Assembly (NCBI RefSeq): GCF_019972135.1
Contig: NZ_BPFI01000001.1
Span: 43,106 to 107,105 of the forward strand
Source: Sulfurovum sp. TSL1
GTDB lineage: Bacteria > Campylobacterota > Campylobacteria > Campylobacterales > Sulfurovaceae
Length of the DNA: 64,000 nucleotides
Direction of reading: 5' to 3'
The position numbers were made by a program, and so were the translations under genes. Numbering within the stretch: position 1 is the first letter of the stretch; each line of letters begins with the position of its first letter. The notes beneath the pieces are model-generated. The model did not search any database and was not told where the DNA came from. It worked only from the letters and a program-made list of their open reading frames with translations. Shown here piece after piece: positions 47,746 to 58,281 of this stretch.

Positions 47746-48485
47746 TTTTTACCCTTTCTATAAGGGTTATTGACATTTTTAAATCCCAGGATCCTGATAA
47801 ACTCTCTCTCTTTTGTATCAAAAAACCCACAGGCATCTTCTTCTCTTTCTTTAGGGTTCTCATAGGTACCAAATACCATATCCCACAAAGGCAGGTCTGA
47901 AAAGTTGTTGTAGTGTACCCCTTCTTTATGGTGTATCTTATGCATTTCGGGACGTTGAAAAATGTACCCTATCCAGTGAGGTGTTTTGATGTTCATATGG
48001 TAAACGTATTCTCCTATGGAGCTGTAGAGTATCGTCCATGCCACCGCTTCCACATTCAGTCCTAAGAGCAGGTAAGAGATGCTTCCCATCAGTAAAGAGT
48101 TGAGAATGATCTCAAGGGGATGTTTATAAAAAGAGGTGATCGTCTCCAACCTCGATGCACTGTGGTGAAGCTGATGAAACAGCACCCACAACACATAAGA
48201 GTCATGACGTACCCTGTGCCACCAGTAAAACACAAAAGTAATGACCAAATACGCCATAAATCCCAATATGAAATCAGGATAGCCCTCTATGACATAAGGT
48301 TGATGTGTCTTAAACCACACATCCCATGTAGCCATACCCAAAATGACGATCCCAAATTGCATCAGGTTGATCACAACCACCCTGGACCACCACCCTTCGA
48401 CCAAAGGCAAGACTCTGTCGGGGAAGATACGTTCAAGTATGATCAGTATAAGACCCAGTATAATAATTGTTGTAAGCATTTGCAT
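47742..48485 (-). CDS. Fatty acid hydroxylase superfamily protein (sterol desaturase family)
   Basis: Membrane protein with histidine boxes HRVRHD, HQLHH and HKIHHK. Confidence 0.7.
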   Translation of the reverse strand: MQMLTTIIILGLILIILERIFPDRVLPLVEGWWSRVVVINLMQFGIVILGMATWDVWFKTHQPYVIEGYPDFILGFMAYLVITFVFYWWHRVRHDSYVLWVLFHQLHHSASRLETITSFYKHPLEIILNSLLMGSISYLLLGLNVEAVAWTILYSSIGEYVYHMNIKTPHWIGYIFQRPEMHKIHHKEGVHYNNFSDLPLWDMVFGTYENPKEREEDACGFFDTKEREFIRILGFKNVNNPYRKGKK

Positions 48486-48496
48486 TTTCTCATCCT

Positions 48497-51400
48497 TTAT
48501 TTTGTATCGCTAAGCGATTCCGCCAACTTCTTAGCTCCCTTAAAATCAGCCTTACCCGTACCGAGCTTAGGTAACGCTTCCACTTTGAAGTACTCTGATG
48601 GTACAAAAAGAGGGTTCATTTCAATGTCTTTGATCTTCTCTTTCAATGCGTCCAATTCCATCTCCCCCTCAAGCAAAAGCACGAGCTTCTCACCTTTCTT
48701 AGCATCAGGCAGGGCAGCAATGGCTATCTGGTCATTTTCCCCCAGTACCTTAATTATTTCACCCTCGACAAGCCCCAGGCTTACCATCTCTCCGGCGACT
48801 TTGGCAAAACGGCTGTAGCGGTCGACGATGGTGAGGAAACCGTCTTCATCCAAACGGCCTTTATCTCCCGTGACATACCAGCGTATACCGTCTATCTCTT
48901 TGATGACCGAGGCTGTTTTTTCAGGGTCACCGATGTAGCCTTTCATGATCTGTGTTCCGCCGATGAGTATCATGCCTTCTTCACCGGTTTTCAGTGTTTC
49001 AAAACTCTCAGGATCTACGATACGAAATGTGGAACCAGGCAGCGGCAGACCAACGGTACCTATTTTTTGACCGACCTGTGGTTTCCATGAGTCCAGCATG
49101 AGTACATCAGGCATATTGACTGAAGCTACAGGGGTAGTCTCTGTCGCACCGTACCCTTCATAGATGTCAAGTCCGAACTTCTTTTTAAACTCATCACGTA
49201 TCTCATTGGGCAGTTTCTCTGCACCGGCAACTACCATACGTATATTTTTGAACATGAGTGGTGTAAGCTTCCGGTTCCTTGTGTAGAGTCTAAGGAATGT
49301 AGCCGTTGCCAACAGGATGGTCGCCTCATATTTCGCTGCCATTTTCCCTATGCCAAAACCATCCGTAGGATCAGGATGTGATGCTACCGGTATACCTTCG
49401 ATCAACGGTAATAGGGTAGTGACGGTCAAACCAAAAGAGTGGAAGATAGGCAGTGTACCAAGCATCACATCGCTATCTGTAGGGTTCAGCAGGGTTGCTG
49501 TCTGCTTGATGTTACCCATGATGTTTCTGTGGCTTAACGCTATACCTTTTGGTGTACCTTCTGACCCTGATGAAAAGAGAATGGCTGCCGTGTCATCAAG
49601 CTTTGCATTTTTTATAAACAGCGCACTGAGCAGCCATGCAGGTAAAGTTTTCACCACTATCCACATCAAAAGACTTTTTGTTTTGCTTAGATTCCCTTTG
49701 ATCTCTTCAAGATAGATGACTTCTACATGTTTAAGTACCTCGGTCATATCAAAGCCTTTGGCTTTGAGTTTAGTGATAAACTGTTTTGAAGCGACAACTT
49801 TTGTGATATCGGCGATCTTCAGTGCATGAAGCAGGCTATCCGCACCGGCTGAGTAATTGAGGTTTACGACCGTTTTCCCCAGTGTAAGCAAAGCCATATT
49901 CCCCATAGAGCCCCCTGCAGATGTAGGTAAGAGCAAACCTATGTTTTGACTTTCTTTTAGTTTTGGTTTGAGTGCAGCAGCCATCATGAGCGTTGCTGTG
50001 ATGAACCTCTCTCCACTGAGTTCCACACCTGTAGAATCAGCGATACAGAGGCTTGAACCGACATTTTTAGCAGAGCGTATCCATGCTTTTTGTAATACGG
50101 GTAAAGACTCTGCATAATGCTGCCAGCTTTGAACAGAGAGATCAAATACGGATTTTTTTACTTCCGAAGCCGTGGAGTGAATATCTATAGGCTCTGCAAA
50201 ACTCACAGAGATGTCTCGACTTTTGTTACGTTTCATCTTGTTGGATGCGTAAGAGAAGTTGTCTTCCCAGAGCCCTCTGAGATAAAAAGGTATGATCACT
50301 GCATCTTCTACCTCTTTGGTTGCCATTTCAAACCCTCTTTGAAATGTGCCCAAGTGTCCGTTACGCGAGAGATGCCCCTCCGGAAAAAGTGCTACAGTTT
50401 CGCCGCGGTTCAGTGCTTCGGTCACTTTCACAAGAGCACTCTTACTTCCCCTGCTGGAGATAGGTATCACCCCAAAAAAGTCTAAAAACGGTTTGAGGTA
50501 CCACTTTTCATAGTAAGATCTTTCCATCACAAAACGTATCTGTTTTGGGTATGCCATCTGTAAGACAGCCCAGTCTAAAAATGAAATGTGGTTCCCTAAA
50601 AGCAGTATGCCTTTATCCGCTTTTATATGGTTCAGTCCATCCACGTGTAATGTGTACTTAAAGCTTATAAGCATACGAACCATATAACGGATGAGTGACT
50701 GCGGCAGCTTGATAAACGTATAGACCATACCCAAAAAAGCGATAGTAGAGATGATATAAAACAGCCCTATGGCAGAGAATTGGAAGTACCCAAAAACGGC
50801 AGTTAAAACCAAAAACAGGAACATACTCACATTTTGCATGAAGTTATTGCCTGCAAGTACTTTACCCAGTATTTTGTGAGGTGATGCAAACTGGATCATG
50901 GCATTGAGCGGAACAATGAAGAGGCCTGAAAAGAACCCAAAAGATAAAAGTGCCATACCTAATGCCCATAAAGAAGTAAGAGATGGGATCATATAGAGTG
51001 AAAGTGCCACGCCCAAACTGCCAAGAGGTATGATACCCGTCTCTATGTAGTTCTTACTCACACGTCCTGCAAACATGGAACCCAGTATCATACCGATACC
51101 GGCGAGTGCCAATAAACTTTGTGCCGTGATCGTATTGGTGATGCCCAGTGTGCTTTTTAGATATTCACCGAATATGGCTAAAACCACTTGCGAAACACCC
51201 CACAGAATAGAGAGCCCGATAATACTTAACCAGATCGTTTGTTTTTGTCTTAAGAGAGAAATATTACTTTTTAAATAAGAGAGGTTCTTATACTCTTTGG
51301 GTTCAAAGGTCATACTTTCATCGATATCGACAGCCTTGAACGTACGTACCAGTCGTCTGGCCAATAGGTACTCTACGGTACTGGCACCTATAAGCAAGTA

Positions 51401-51952
51401 GCCTACAGGTGCAATGTATCTAAGTATCTCCGAAGGGATGATACTGGCATCCTGAAGTAAACGTTCAAAGAAAATAGAATAGATCACTGCTCCAGCAAGG
51501 ATAGAAGAGATAGTGACAGCCTGTACTACTGCATTTGCCTCGGCTAGATGTGCATTGCCTGTCATCTCTTTGATGAGTCCATACTTTGCCGGGGAATAGA
51601 TGGCACTTTGTGCCGCCAGGATAAAAGTTAAAATAAATGCTATCCAGAACCAACCCATATAATAAGAGATCAGTATCAGTGTAGTGATACCCATGGCTGC
51701 CATGGCTGCATACTCTATGACCATCGTTTTAGGATATTTGTCAGCGATAAAACCTGCCGGGGAGAAGAGGAAGATAAAAGGCAGAAGGATCAAAGCATTG
51801 ACTATGGCAGTGAGAATGATGAGTTCCGGACCTTCATAGGCTTTAAAGATGGTGTTCTGCAAGATGATCTTGTGTCCCAAGTCTGTCATGGCATTGAGCA
51901 GTATGATCAGAATATAGGGTGTAAACCCGGCTATTTTAAAAAGTGATTTCAT
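48497..51952 (-). CDS. aas: Triple fusion: LplT-like MFS lysophospholipid transporter + PlsC-type acyltransferase + acyl-ACP synthetase (Aas)
   Basis: N-terminal 12-TM MFS region. HxxxxD acyltransferase motif (GNHISFLD). AMP-binding motif FSSGSEGTPKGIALSH and C-terminal adenylate-forming domain. 1151 aa. Confidence 0.75.
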   Translation of the reverse strand: MKSLFKIAGFTPYILIILLNAMTDLGHKIILQNTIFKAYEGPELIILTAIVNALILLPFIFLFSPAGFIADKYPKTMVIEYAAMAAMGITTLILISYYMGWFWIAFILTFILAAQSAIYSPAKYGLIKEMTGNAHLAEANAVVQAVTISSILAGAVIYSIFFERLLQDASIIPSEILRYIAPVGYLLIGASTVEYLLARRLVRTFKAVDIDESMTFEPKEYKNLSYLKSNISLLRQKQTIWLSIIGLSILWGVSQVVLAIFGEYLKSTLGITNTITAQSLLALAGIGMILGSMFAGRVSKNYIETGIIPLGSLGVALSLYMIPSLTSLWALGMALLSFGFFSGLFIVPLNAMIQFASPHKILGKVLAGNNFMQNVSMFLFLVLTAVFGYFQFSAIGLFYIISTIAFLGMVYTFIKLPQSLIRYMVRMLISFKYTLHVDGLNHIKADKGILLLGNHISFLDWAVLQMAYPKQIRFVMERSYYEKWYLKPFLDFFGVIPISSRGSKSALVKVTEALNRGETVALFPEGHLSRNGHLGTFQRGFEMATKEVEDAVIIPFYLRGLWEDNFSYASNKMKRNKSRDISVSFAEPIDIHSTASEVKKSVFDLSVQSWQHYAESLPVLQKAWIRSAKNVGSSLCIADSTGVELSGERFITATLMMAAALKPKLKESQNIGLLLPTSAGGSMGNMALLTLGKTVVNLNYSAGADSLLHALKIADITKVVASKQFITKLKAKGFDMTEVLKHVEVIYLEEIKGNLSKTKSLLMWIVVKTLPAWLLSALFIKNAKLDDTAAILFSSGSEGTPKGIALSHRNIMGNIKQTATLLNPTDSDVMLGTLPIFHSFGLTVTTLLPLIEGIPVASHPDPTDGFGIGKMAAKYEATILLATATFLRLYTRNRKLTPLMFKNIRMVVAGAEKLPNEIRDEFKKKFGLDIYEGYGATETTPVASVNMPDVLMLDSWKPQVGQKIGTVGLPLPGSTFRIVDPESFETLKTGEEGMILIGGTQIMKGYIGDPEKTASVIKEIDGIRWYVTGDKGRLDEDGFLTIVDRYSRFAKVAGEMVSLGLVEGEIIKVLGENDQIAIAALPDAKKGEKLVLLLEGEMELDALKEKIKDIEMNPLFVPSEYFKVEALPKLGTGKADFKGAKKLAESLSDTK

Positions 51953-52677
51953 TTGCTTGCCTTTGAGATATTTTTTTTATGTGCCTGAACGGTGTGCATG
52001 TTAAAAATGTAAGGTTTGAGTGTCAGTATCAGATCAAAAAGAAGTTCATAGCGTGCATTGTGCGATTCTTCATCTTCTTTGAGCAGGGCAGCACCTATGC
52101 CATTCTCTTTTTCGGCAAGTTCCTTGGCATGCTCTACATACGCATCAAGAAGAGCGAAGTCAAGACCGAGATCACTTGCCCTCTCTAGGATCTCAGCTAT
52201 CTCTACCTCTTTGGATGAGAAACCTTTGGCTCTTTCAAACAGGTAACCTTTTTTCTGATATGCTTTGAGTTTTTTCTCATCCATGGTAACAAGTTTTAAA
52301 AAATCTTGTTTGGAATACCATTGATTCTCTTTTCCTCCGGAGATCAGTTCTAAAGAACGCACCATCATCTCAAAACTTCCATCAAAATCAAAATGGTTCT
52401 CTTTAAACAGGTTTTTGATCTCGGCTATGGAGTATGAAAAGTTGTGTTGCAAGTATTTGATGAACTTGATGATCTGTATACAGCTTTCATCATAGAGATG
52501 TACATTTGGTTTAGGTTTAGAAGGTTGAGGTAGTAACCCCTCTTTAACATAATAAAGTATGGTTGATTTACTCTCCTTCGTTTGGAGAGAAAGGTCTTTC
52601 ATCTTGAGGGACATGACTGATCCTTTGGTTTGAATGAGTATAGTATAGTGTAATTTATAAAAAGTGTCAAGTGTCAC
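51949..52677 (-). CDS. MerR-like HTH domain protein (possible regulator of downstream lipid operon)
   Basis: N-terminal MKDLSLQTKESKSTILYYVKEGLLP resembles a MerR-type HTH. 4-nt overlap with the aas fusion gene. The start may be the internal ATG at 52617. Confidence 0.4.
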   Translation of the reverse strand: MTLDTFYKLHYTILIQTKGSVMSLKMKDLSLQTKESKSTILYYVKEGLLPQPSKPKPNVHLYDESCIQIIKFIKYLQHNFSYSIAEIKNLFKENHFDFDGSFEMMVRSLELISGGKENQWYSKQDFLKLVTMDEKKLKAYQKKGYLFERAKGFSSKEVEIAEILERASDLGLDFALLDAYVEHAKELAEKENGIGAALLKEDEESHNARYELLFDLILTLKPYIFNMHTVQAHKKNISKASK

Positions 52678-52730
52678 TCTACACTTTTAACTATTGTATC
52701 ATTTTTATGAATTACAAAGGTCTGTTTTCA

Positions 52731-53438
52731 CTAAAGATCTTCCTGTACGATCTCTTCAAGACAAGTCAGTTCATAGACCCATTGGTGCAGGTCAAGCATA
52801 TCTTCGTAGATCTTGAAATTCCTCTCGATGATCACTTCGGAGTGGAAGGTCGCATCAGGCGGGAAGGTCGTATAGGCATACATCGCACCATAGAGGTAGA
52901 GATAGGCATAGGTATCCTCTTTGACCAGCCCCACAGGGTAACGTTTGAATTGGGGTTCAGGTACCGTATAGCCTTTTCTTTTAAGTGCTTCCAAAATGTG
53001 ATGCAGGCTTTCTCGCTTTGCATCGTTTTTTATGTATGCTCTGTATTTGGCAAGGAGGGGTGCTTTAAAATTACGTATACCCGTAGCGACAAAGACTTCA
53101 AAAGGGTCATAATGCATATAAAAGGAACTGCTTTGCATACGATGCGTCGCACCCTGCCAAAATATGATACCTATACGTTCTTTGATAGGGTCAAGCCTGT
53201 GAAACCTGGCATCACGATAGATACGGAAGAGGGACTTGTTGATCTTGGGTATGGCGTGGATATGGGGCACAAGTATCTGCAGATGTTCACCCATCTCTTC
53301 CACATACGCTTTATTGGGTGATACGATGTACTTCTCATACTCCTCTTTATGCGCCTCAAGCCACTCTTTGGAATTGTTGATGATGATGTTGCTGAGGAAG
53401 GTCAGTCCTTCTTTGGGAAATCCGGTAAAAGACATCAT
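52731..53438 (-). CDS. DUF2461 (TIGR02453) family protein
   Basis: N-terminal F.GFPKEGLTFL..L..NN.KEW...H pattern characteristic of the family, as recalled. Confidence 0.45.
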   Translation of the reverse strand: MMSFTGFPKEGLTFLSNIIINNSKEWLEAHKEEYEKYIVSPNKAYVEEMGEHLQILVPHIHAIPKINKSLFRIYRDARFHRLDPIKERIGIIFWQGATHRMQSSSFYMHYDPFEVFVATGIRNFKAPLLAKYRAYIKNDAKRESLHHILEALKRKGYTVPEPQFKRYPVGLVKEDTYAYLYLYGAMYAYTTFPPDATFHSEVIIERNFKIYEDMLDLHQWVYELTCLEEIVQEDL

Positions 53439-54190
53439 ATACCTTTTATTTTTTGCCAGATGAGACCCAGTACTTCATGAAATACGATACGGGACTTTTC
53501 AAGTGCGTCAGAGGAAAATAAATCAGTATAGTTAGGGTGTTGTATCCTTCCCAAATGGTTCGTGGGTGCCGGGATAGGCTCTAATCCCTCATTTTTGAAG
53601 AACTGTACGGCTCTTGCCATATGAGAGGCTGAGGTGACCAAGATAAATGGCGTATCATCCAGTAATGCTTTTGCAGCTATGGCTTCCTCTTCTGTATCTC
53701 TTGGTTCGGGACGAAGTATGATCTTTTCTTTTTTTACACCTAAGGCCAGCGCCAATTTTTTTTGCATAGCAGCATGGGTAGTAGGATCAAATGATCCTCT
53801 TCCCCCTGAAACAATGATACTGGCTTCTTCGTGTAGTTGATGGTAAAGGCGTATACCTTCAGTTAAGCGAACAACTGATGTTTCAACGATCTGAGAGGTG
53901 ATGGGCAAACTTTCATCCGTATGATGTCTCCCACCCAGCACATAAATATATTTGACATTCTCAGGTGCCTTATGAAGTGTCGGAATTTTTGACTCAAGAC
54001 TATATAAAAGCGTATTGGCAAACGGTGGATAGGAAAAGAGAAAGAACCATATCATACTCAATGCAAGCATGAATTTTGCCGGTTTGGTTTTGTTTCTGTA
54101 GAGTAACAGTAAAGCCAAAACGATGAAAAACACCCCAAGCGGAAGGGGCATTAAAAACATGGAGATAAATTTTTTGAGAAAAAAATCCAT
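53435..54190 (-). CDS. DUF218/YdcF(ElyC)-family protein
   Basis: N-terminal TM, YVLGG and ASxxVSGG cores of the DUF218 fold. Confidence 0.55.
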   Translation of the reverse strand: MDFFLKKFISMFLMPLPLGVFFIVLALLLLYRNKTKPAKFMLALSMIWFFLFSYPPFANTLLYSLESKIPTLHKAPENVKYIYVLGGRHHTDESLPITSQIVETSVVRLTEGIRLYHQLHEEASIIVSGGRGSFDPTTHAAMQKKLALALGVKKEKIILRPEPRDTEEEAIAAKALLDDTPFILVTSASHMARAVQFFKNEGLEPIPAPTNHLGRIQHPNYTDLFSSDALEKSRIVFHEVLGLIWQKIKGI

Positions 54191-54193
54191 TAT

Positions 54194-55426
54194 TTACTCT
54201 ACGATCCTTGTTTCATCCGCTCCAAGTTCCATGACCTTCCAAGGCAACCCCTGCTTGTTCATCTCTTCCATAAACGGATCAGGGTCAAGCTGTTCGAGGT
54301 TAAAGACACCTTTACCTTCCCACTTGCCTTCGAGCATCAGTTTCGCTCCGATCATGGCAGGTACACCCGTTGTATAGCTTACTCCCTGGCTCATTACCTC
54401 TGCATAACACTCTTCATGGTCACTGACCTGGTAAATGTAGATACTTCTCTCTTTACCGTCTTTGATACCTTTGGCAAAGATACCGATGTTCGTTTTTCCT
54501 TTGGTACGCGGTCCAAGACTTGCAGGGTCCGGAAGCAGTGTAGCAAGGAATTCCATAGGAACGATCTTCATACCTTTGTGTTCGACTTCCTTGATCCCCA
54601 GCATACCCACATTTTCCAGACACTTCATATGTGTCAGGTAACTTTGTCCGAACGTCATGAAAAATCTGATACGTTTCAGCCCTTTGATATGTTTGACCAA
54701 TGACTCCATCTCTTCATGGTATAGCAGGTAACTGTCTTTTGGTCCCACTTCCGGGTAATCCCATACTTGCATGATCTCCATCGGCTCTGTCTCTATCCAC
54801 TCCCCTTGTCCATTATCATTTTTTTGCCAGTAGCGACCCTTTGCTGAGACTTCGCGAAGATTGATCTCAGGGTTGAAGTTGGTAGCAAAAGGATACCCAT
54901 GGTCACCTGCATTACAGTCAAGAATGTCAATGGTATGGATCTCATCGAAATAGTGTTTCTGTGCATAGGCACAAAATACATTCGTCGCTCCAGGGTCAAA
55001 ACCGGAACCCAGAAGTCCCATGATGTTCGCTTTTCTAAACTCTTCATCTCTGGCCCACTGCTCTTTGTACTCAAATTTAGCCGTATCTGGATGTTCATAG
55101 TTTGCCGTATCTAGGTAATCTACCTGCATCTCCTCACAGGCATCCATAATGGTGAGGTCCTGGTAGGGAAGTGCCACATTGATGACAATACTTGCACCCG
55201 TAGCAGCAATGAGTTCTTTCAGTTCAGGTATGGAATCTGCATCGACCGCCCGTGTCTGTATCTCTACACCTGTTTTTTCTTTGACATTTGCAGCGATGGC
55301 ATCACACTTGCTGAGCGTGCGGCTGGCCAACGTGATATTGCCAAAGGTATCAGCATTCATGGCACACTTGAAAGCCACAACATTTCCGACGCCACCGGCA
55401 CCGATGATAAGGGTATTTTTAGACAT
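54194..55426 (-). CDS. Saccharopine dehydrogenase family protein, probable carboxy(nor)spermidine dehydrogenase
   Basis: N-terminal IIGAGGVGNVV Rossmann motif. ~410 aa, typical of CANSDH. speA is in the same neighbourhood. Confidence 0.65.
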   Translation of the reverse strand: MSKNTLIIGAGGVGNVVAFKCAMNADTFGNITLASRTLSKCDAIAANVKEKTGVEIQTRAVDADSIPELKELIAATGASIVINVALPYQDLTIMDACEEMQVDYLDTANYEHPDTAKFEYKEQWARDEEFRKANIMGLLGSGFDPGATNVFCAYAQKHYFDEIHTIDILDCNAGDHGYPFATNFNPEINLREVSAKGRYWQKNDNGQGEWIETEPMEIMQVWDYPEVGPKDSYLLYHEEMESLVKHIKGLKRIRFFMTFGQSYLTHMKCLENVGMLGIKEVEHKGMKIVPMEFLATLLPDPASLGPRTKGKTNIGIFAKGIKDGKERSIYIYQVSDHEECYAEVMSQGVSYTTGVPAMIGAKLMLEGKWEGKGVFNLEQLDPDPFMEEMNKQGLPWKVMELGADETRIVE

Positions 55427-55459
55427 GGGAACTCCTAGTATAGTTATTTGGTTATTTTA

Positions 55460-56374
55460 TCACAAATAGTAGTGATTTATGACATAACTAAGCCCAAATA
55501 GCAACGGCATAAACAAAAGTGTACTCAGCAGGATAAGGGACGTGACATCTTTAGGTCTGCAGTTATAGAGTGAGGCGAGATTGATGTTGGCAACAGCCAG
55601 AGGCACCATCATTTCCATAAAGATCACACCCTGTACAAAAAGCGGTAAATCTGTCAAAGAGAGTATGAGAGCCGTCGCCAACGGAACCATAATGAATTTT
55701 TGGCCTATGGTCCCTATAAAGAGCTTTGGATGGAGTTCTTTGATACAGATACCCTGCAGGAATGTTCCCAGTAAAAAAAGTTGCAGAACGATACCGGCAT
55801 AGGCACCCATTTTGAAAAATTCAATGATCTCCGTACTGAGAGGCACTTCATAAATATTGATGAGTATCGCTACGATGGAAGCCGGGATAATAGGGATCCT
55901 GATGATGTTCAAAAGTGACTCTCTGATACTGAATGAACCGCGTGAGTAGATGTAGACCCCGATGATATAGACGACAAATACATTGGCGATGTTGATCAGG
56001 GTCGTATAGATGACAGAGGCTTCTCCAAAGAGGGCGATACCCAACGGGATACCGATGTTCCCTGTATTTCCTACAAATCCGGCAATGGAAAAGATGGCCC
56101 TTTCTTTGGGATCGCTGAAAAGTACTTTTCCCAGCAGGATGGTCGGAAAGAGCAGCAGAAGGATAATGGCAAGATAGATCAGAGGGACATAAAGATGCTC
56201 ACTCTGCAGTCTGGCTGTACTAAACCCCCAGATGGTGACAAAGGGCTGCAAAAAGTAGACAGACATCAAAGTGAGTGTTTTGGGATTCATCTCTTCCTTG
56301 AAGATACGTTTGGCCATATAGCCCAAAAGTATGAAGACATAGACAAAGAGTATGCTCATAAGTGTTTCAATCAT
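55460..56374 (-). CDS. AEC-family (auxin efflux carrier-like) membrane transporter
   Basis: ~10 TM helices in two inverted halves. 304 aa. Confidence 0.6.
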   Translation of the reverse strand: MIETLMSILFVYVFILLGYMAKRIFKEEMNPKTLTLMSVYFLQPFVTIWGFSTARLQSEHLYVPLIYLAIILLLLFPTILLGKVLFSDPKERAIFSIAGFVGNTGNIGIPLGIALFGEASVIYTTLINIANVFVVYIIGVYIYSRGSFSIRESLLNIIRIPIIPASIVAILINIYEVPLSTEIIEFFKMGAYAGIVLQLFLLGTFLQGICIKELHPKLFIGTIGQKFIMVPLATALILSLTDLPLFVQGVIFMEMMVPLAVANINLASLYNCRPKDVTSLILLSTLLFMPLLFGLSYVINHYYL

Positions 56375-56432
56375 GAGAAGGATTATAACTTATTTTGGGT
56401 ATGATTCTTTAATAAACTATTTAGGATTTTTT

Positions 56433-56990
56433 ATGGATTTTTCTTCTTTGGAGACCTGGGGTTACTTGGCTATTGCATTTTTTGCATTCGGCGGTTCACT
56501 CTTTATTGTTGCTGCAGCAGGTGTTTTTTCATTTATGGGCAATATGGACTTGGGCATAGCATTGTCTGTGGCTACGGTATCAAACTTTTTAGGGGATATC
56601 TTTCTTTTTTATCTGGGGAAATACCAGAAAAAAGAGATACAGCCTTACTTTGCGAAACATAAACGTAAAATAGCCCTTGCAACACTGATCATGCGCAAGT
56701 ACGGCGTATGGGCCATTTTTATACAGAAGTTTCTTTATGGTATCAAAACCCTTGTACCACTCTCTATGGCGCTTGCCAAATATGACTTTAAAAAGTTTGC
56801 GTTCTATAATGTATTTGCCTCTATTGTGTTTGTGCTGACGATAGGACTGAGTGCGTATTATTCGAGTGAGGCTATCATTACTGTGTTTGAATATATTAAA
56901 CTGAACCCATGGATAGCACCGGTGATCTTGTTTAGTATTATAGGTGTTTTGTGGTTTGCTATGGAGAATATGACCAAGAAGAAAAAGTAG
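56433..56990 (+). CDS. DedA/VTT-domain membrane protein
   Basis: VTT-domain-like core (FMGNMDLGIALSVATVSNFLGDIFLFYLGK) and TM topology. Confidence 0.55.
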   Translation: MDFSSLETWGYLAIAFFAFGGSLFIVAAAGVFSFMGNMDLGIALSVATVSNFLGDIFLFYLGKYQKKEIQPYFAKHKRKIALATLIMRKYGVWAIFIQKFLYGIKTLVPLSMALAKYDFKKFAFYNVFASIVFVLTIGLSAYYSSEAIITVFEYIKLNPWIAPVILFSIIGVLWFAMENMTKKKK

Positions 56991-57003
56991 TTTAAAGTGA
57001 AAT

Positions 57004-57030
57004 GTAGACCAAGATATGTTCTAGGTCTAC
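57004..57030. terminator. Hairpin (GTAGACC...GGTCTAC) between convergent dedA-like gene and aminotransferase gene
   Basis: 7-bp GC-containing inverted repeat with 13-nt loop in a 56-bp convergent gap. Confidence 0.3.
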
Positions 57031-57046
57031 CACAGTAAAAAGCATT

Positions 57047-58213
57047 TTACTTTTTACTCTTTACAAACTTTTCGATACGTCTGATACCTTCACGGATCGT
57101 TGTGATGTCTGTAGCAAAGGAGAATCTAAAGTAACCTTCTGATCCGAAACCTATGCCGGGAACAACAGCAACACCGGTAGACTGAAGCAGCTCTTTACAG
57201 AACTCTATAGAGTCATTTGAGATATCTTTGATATTGACGAAGAGATAAAATGCACCTTGGGGTTTAAGGACAGAGAGACCGTCAATGTCGTTAAAGAGTT
57301 TGACTGCCTCTTCTGCTCTTCCCTCAAACGCTCTTCTCATTTGTTCTATTTCACTGTCGACTTCACCAAGCAGGGCAGGGATAGCTGCTTTTTGTGTAAT
57401 AGAGTTGATGTTTGAGGTACTTTGGCTTTGAAGCTTGTTCATGGCAGCTATGAGCTCTTTGTTCGGTGTCGCCAGGTATCCAAAACGCCATCCTGTCATC
57501 GCCACAGATTTGCTCAGACCATTCACGGTCACCGTTCTTTGGTACATATCTTCACTGATACTTGCCGCGGCTACAAAGTCAATGTCATAGACAAGCTTCT
57601 CATACATTTCATCACTGACCACCATGATATCCGTACCTTCTAGTACCGCTGCAAGTGCTTCGAGTTCTTCTTTGGAATAAACTGAACCCGTAGGGTTTGA
57701 CGGAGAAGTCAATATGACCATTTTTGTTTTAGGTGTAATGGCAGCGCTGAGCTGATCAGCGGTCATTTTGAATCCGCTGATCTCATTGGTCTCTGCAATG
57801 ACAGGTACCGCGCTTGCATATTTGACCAATTCAGGATAGGTGACCCAATAGGGTGAAGGAATGATGACCTCGTCACCTTCATTCAGTACTGCTTGAAAAA
57901 GATTAAAAAGAGACTGTTTTGCACCATTGCTTACGATAATGTCTGAAGGTGCGTAGTCAAGGTTGTTGTCTCTTTTCAGTTTGGCTGCTACGGCTTCTAA
58001 AAGCTCTGGTATACCCGGTACTGCAGTGTATTGTGTAAACCCGTCATTGATCGCTTTGATAGCCTCATCTTTGATACGTTGCGGTGTCCCAAAATCCGGT
58101 TCACCCGCAGAGAAAGAAAGAATATCTTTTCCCTGTGCTTTTAAATCACGAGCAAGCGAAGAGATGGCTATAGTAAGAGAGGGAGAGAGTGTTTGTATAC
58201 GGTCTGAAAGCAT
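57047..58213 (-). CDS. Pyridoxal-phosphate-dependent aminotransferase (class I, aspartate aminotransferase-like)
   Basis: 388-aa fold-type I aminotransferase with SKSVAMTGWRFGY PLP-lysine region. Confidence 0.8.
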   Translation of the reverse strand: MLSDRIQTLSPSLTIAISSLARDLKAQGKDILSFSAGEPDFGTPQRIKDEAIKAINDGFTQYTAVPGIPELLEAVAAKLKRDNNLDYAPSDIIVSNGAKQSLFNLFQAVLNEGDEVIIPSPYWVTYPELVKYASAVPVIAETNEISGFKMTADQLSAAITPKTKMVILTSPSNPTGSVYSKEELEALAAVLEGTDIMVVSDEMYEKLVYDIDFVAAASISEDMYQRTVTVNGLSKSVAMTGWRFGYLATPNKELIAAMNKLQSQSTSNINSITQKAAIPALLGEVDSEIEQMRRAFEGRAEEAVKLFNDIDGLSVLKPQGAFYLFVNIKDISNDSIEFCKELLQSTGVAVVPGIGFGSEGYFRFSFATDITTIREGIRRIEKFVKSKK

Positions 58214-58281
58214 ATGAAAACCTTTGATTATAAATTGGATAATTGTAGCAAAAAATGCGTTAAAAAAAGCCGTTGATTTTT

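Noticed and set aside
52671-53321. 216-aa plus-strand ORF overlapping the DUF2461 gene
   Set aside because: Fully antisense to a better-supported minus-strand gene that is translationally coupled to its neighbours. No recognisable motif.
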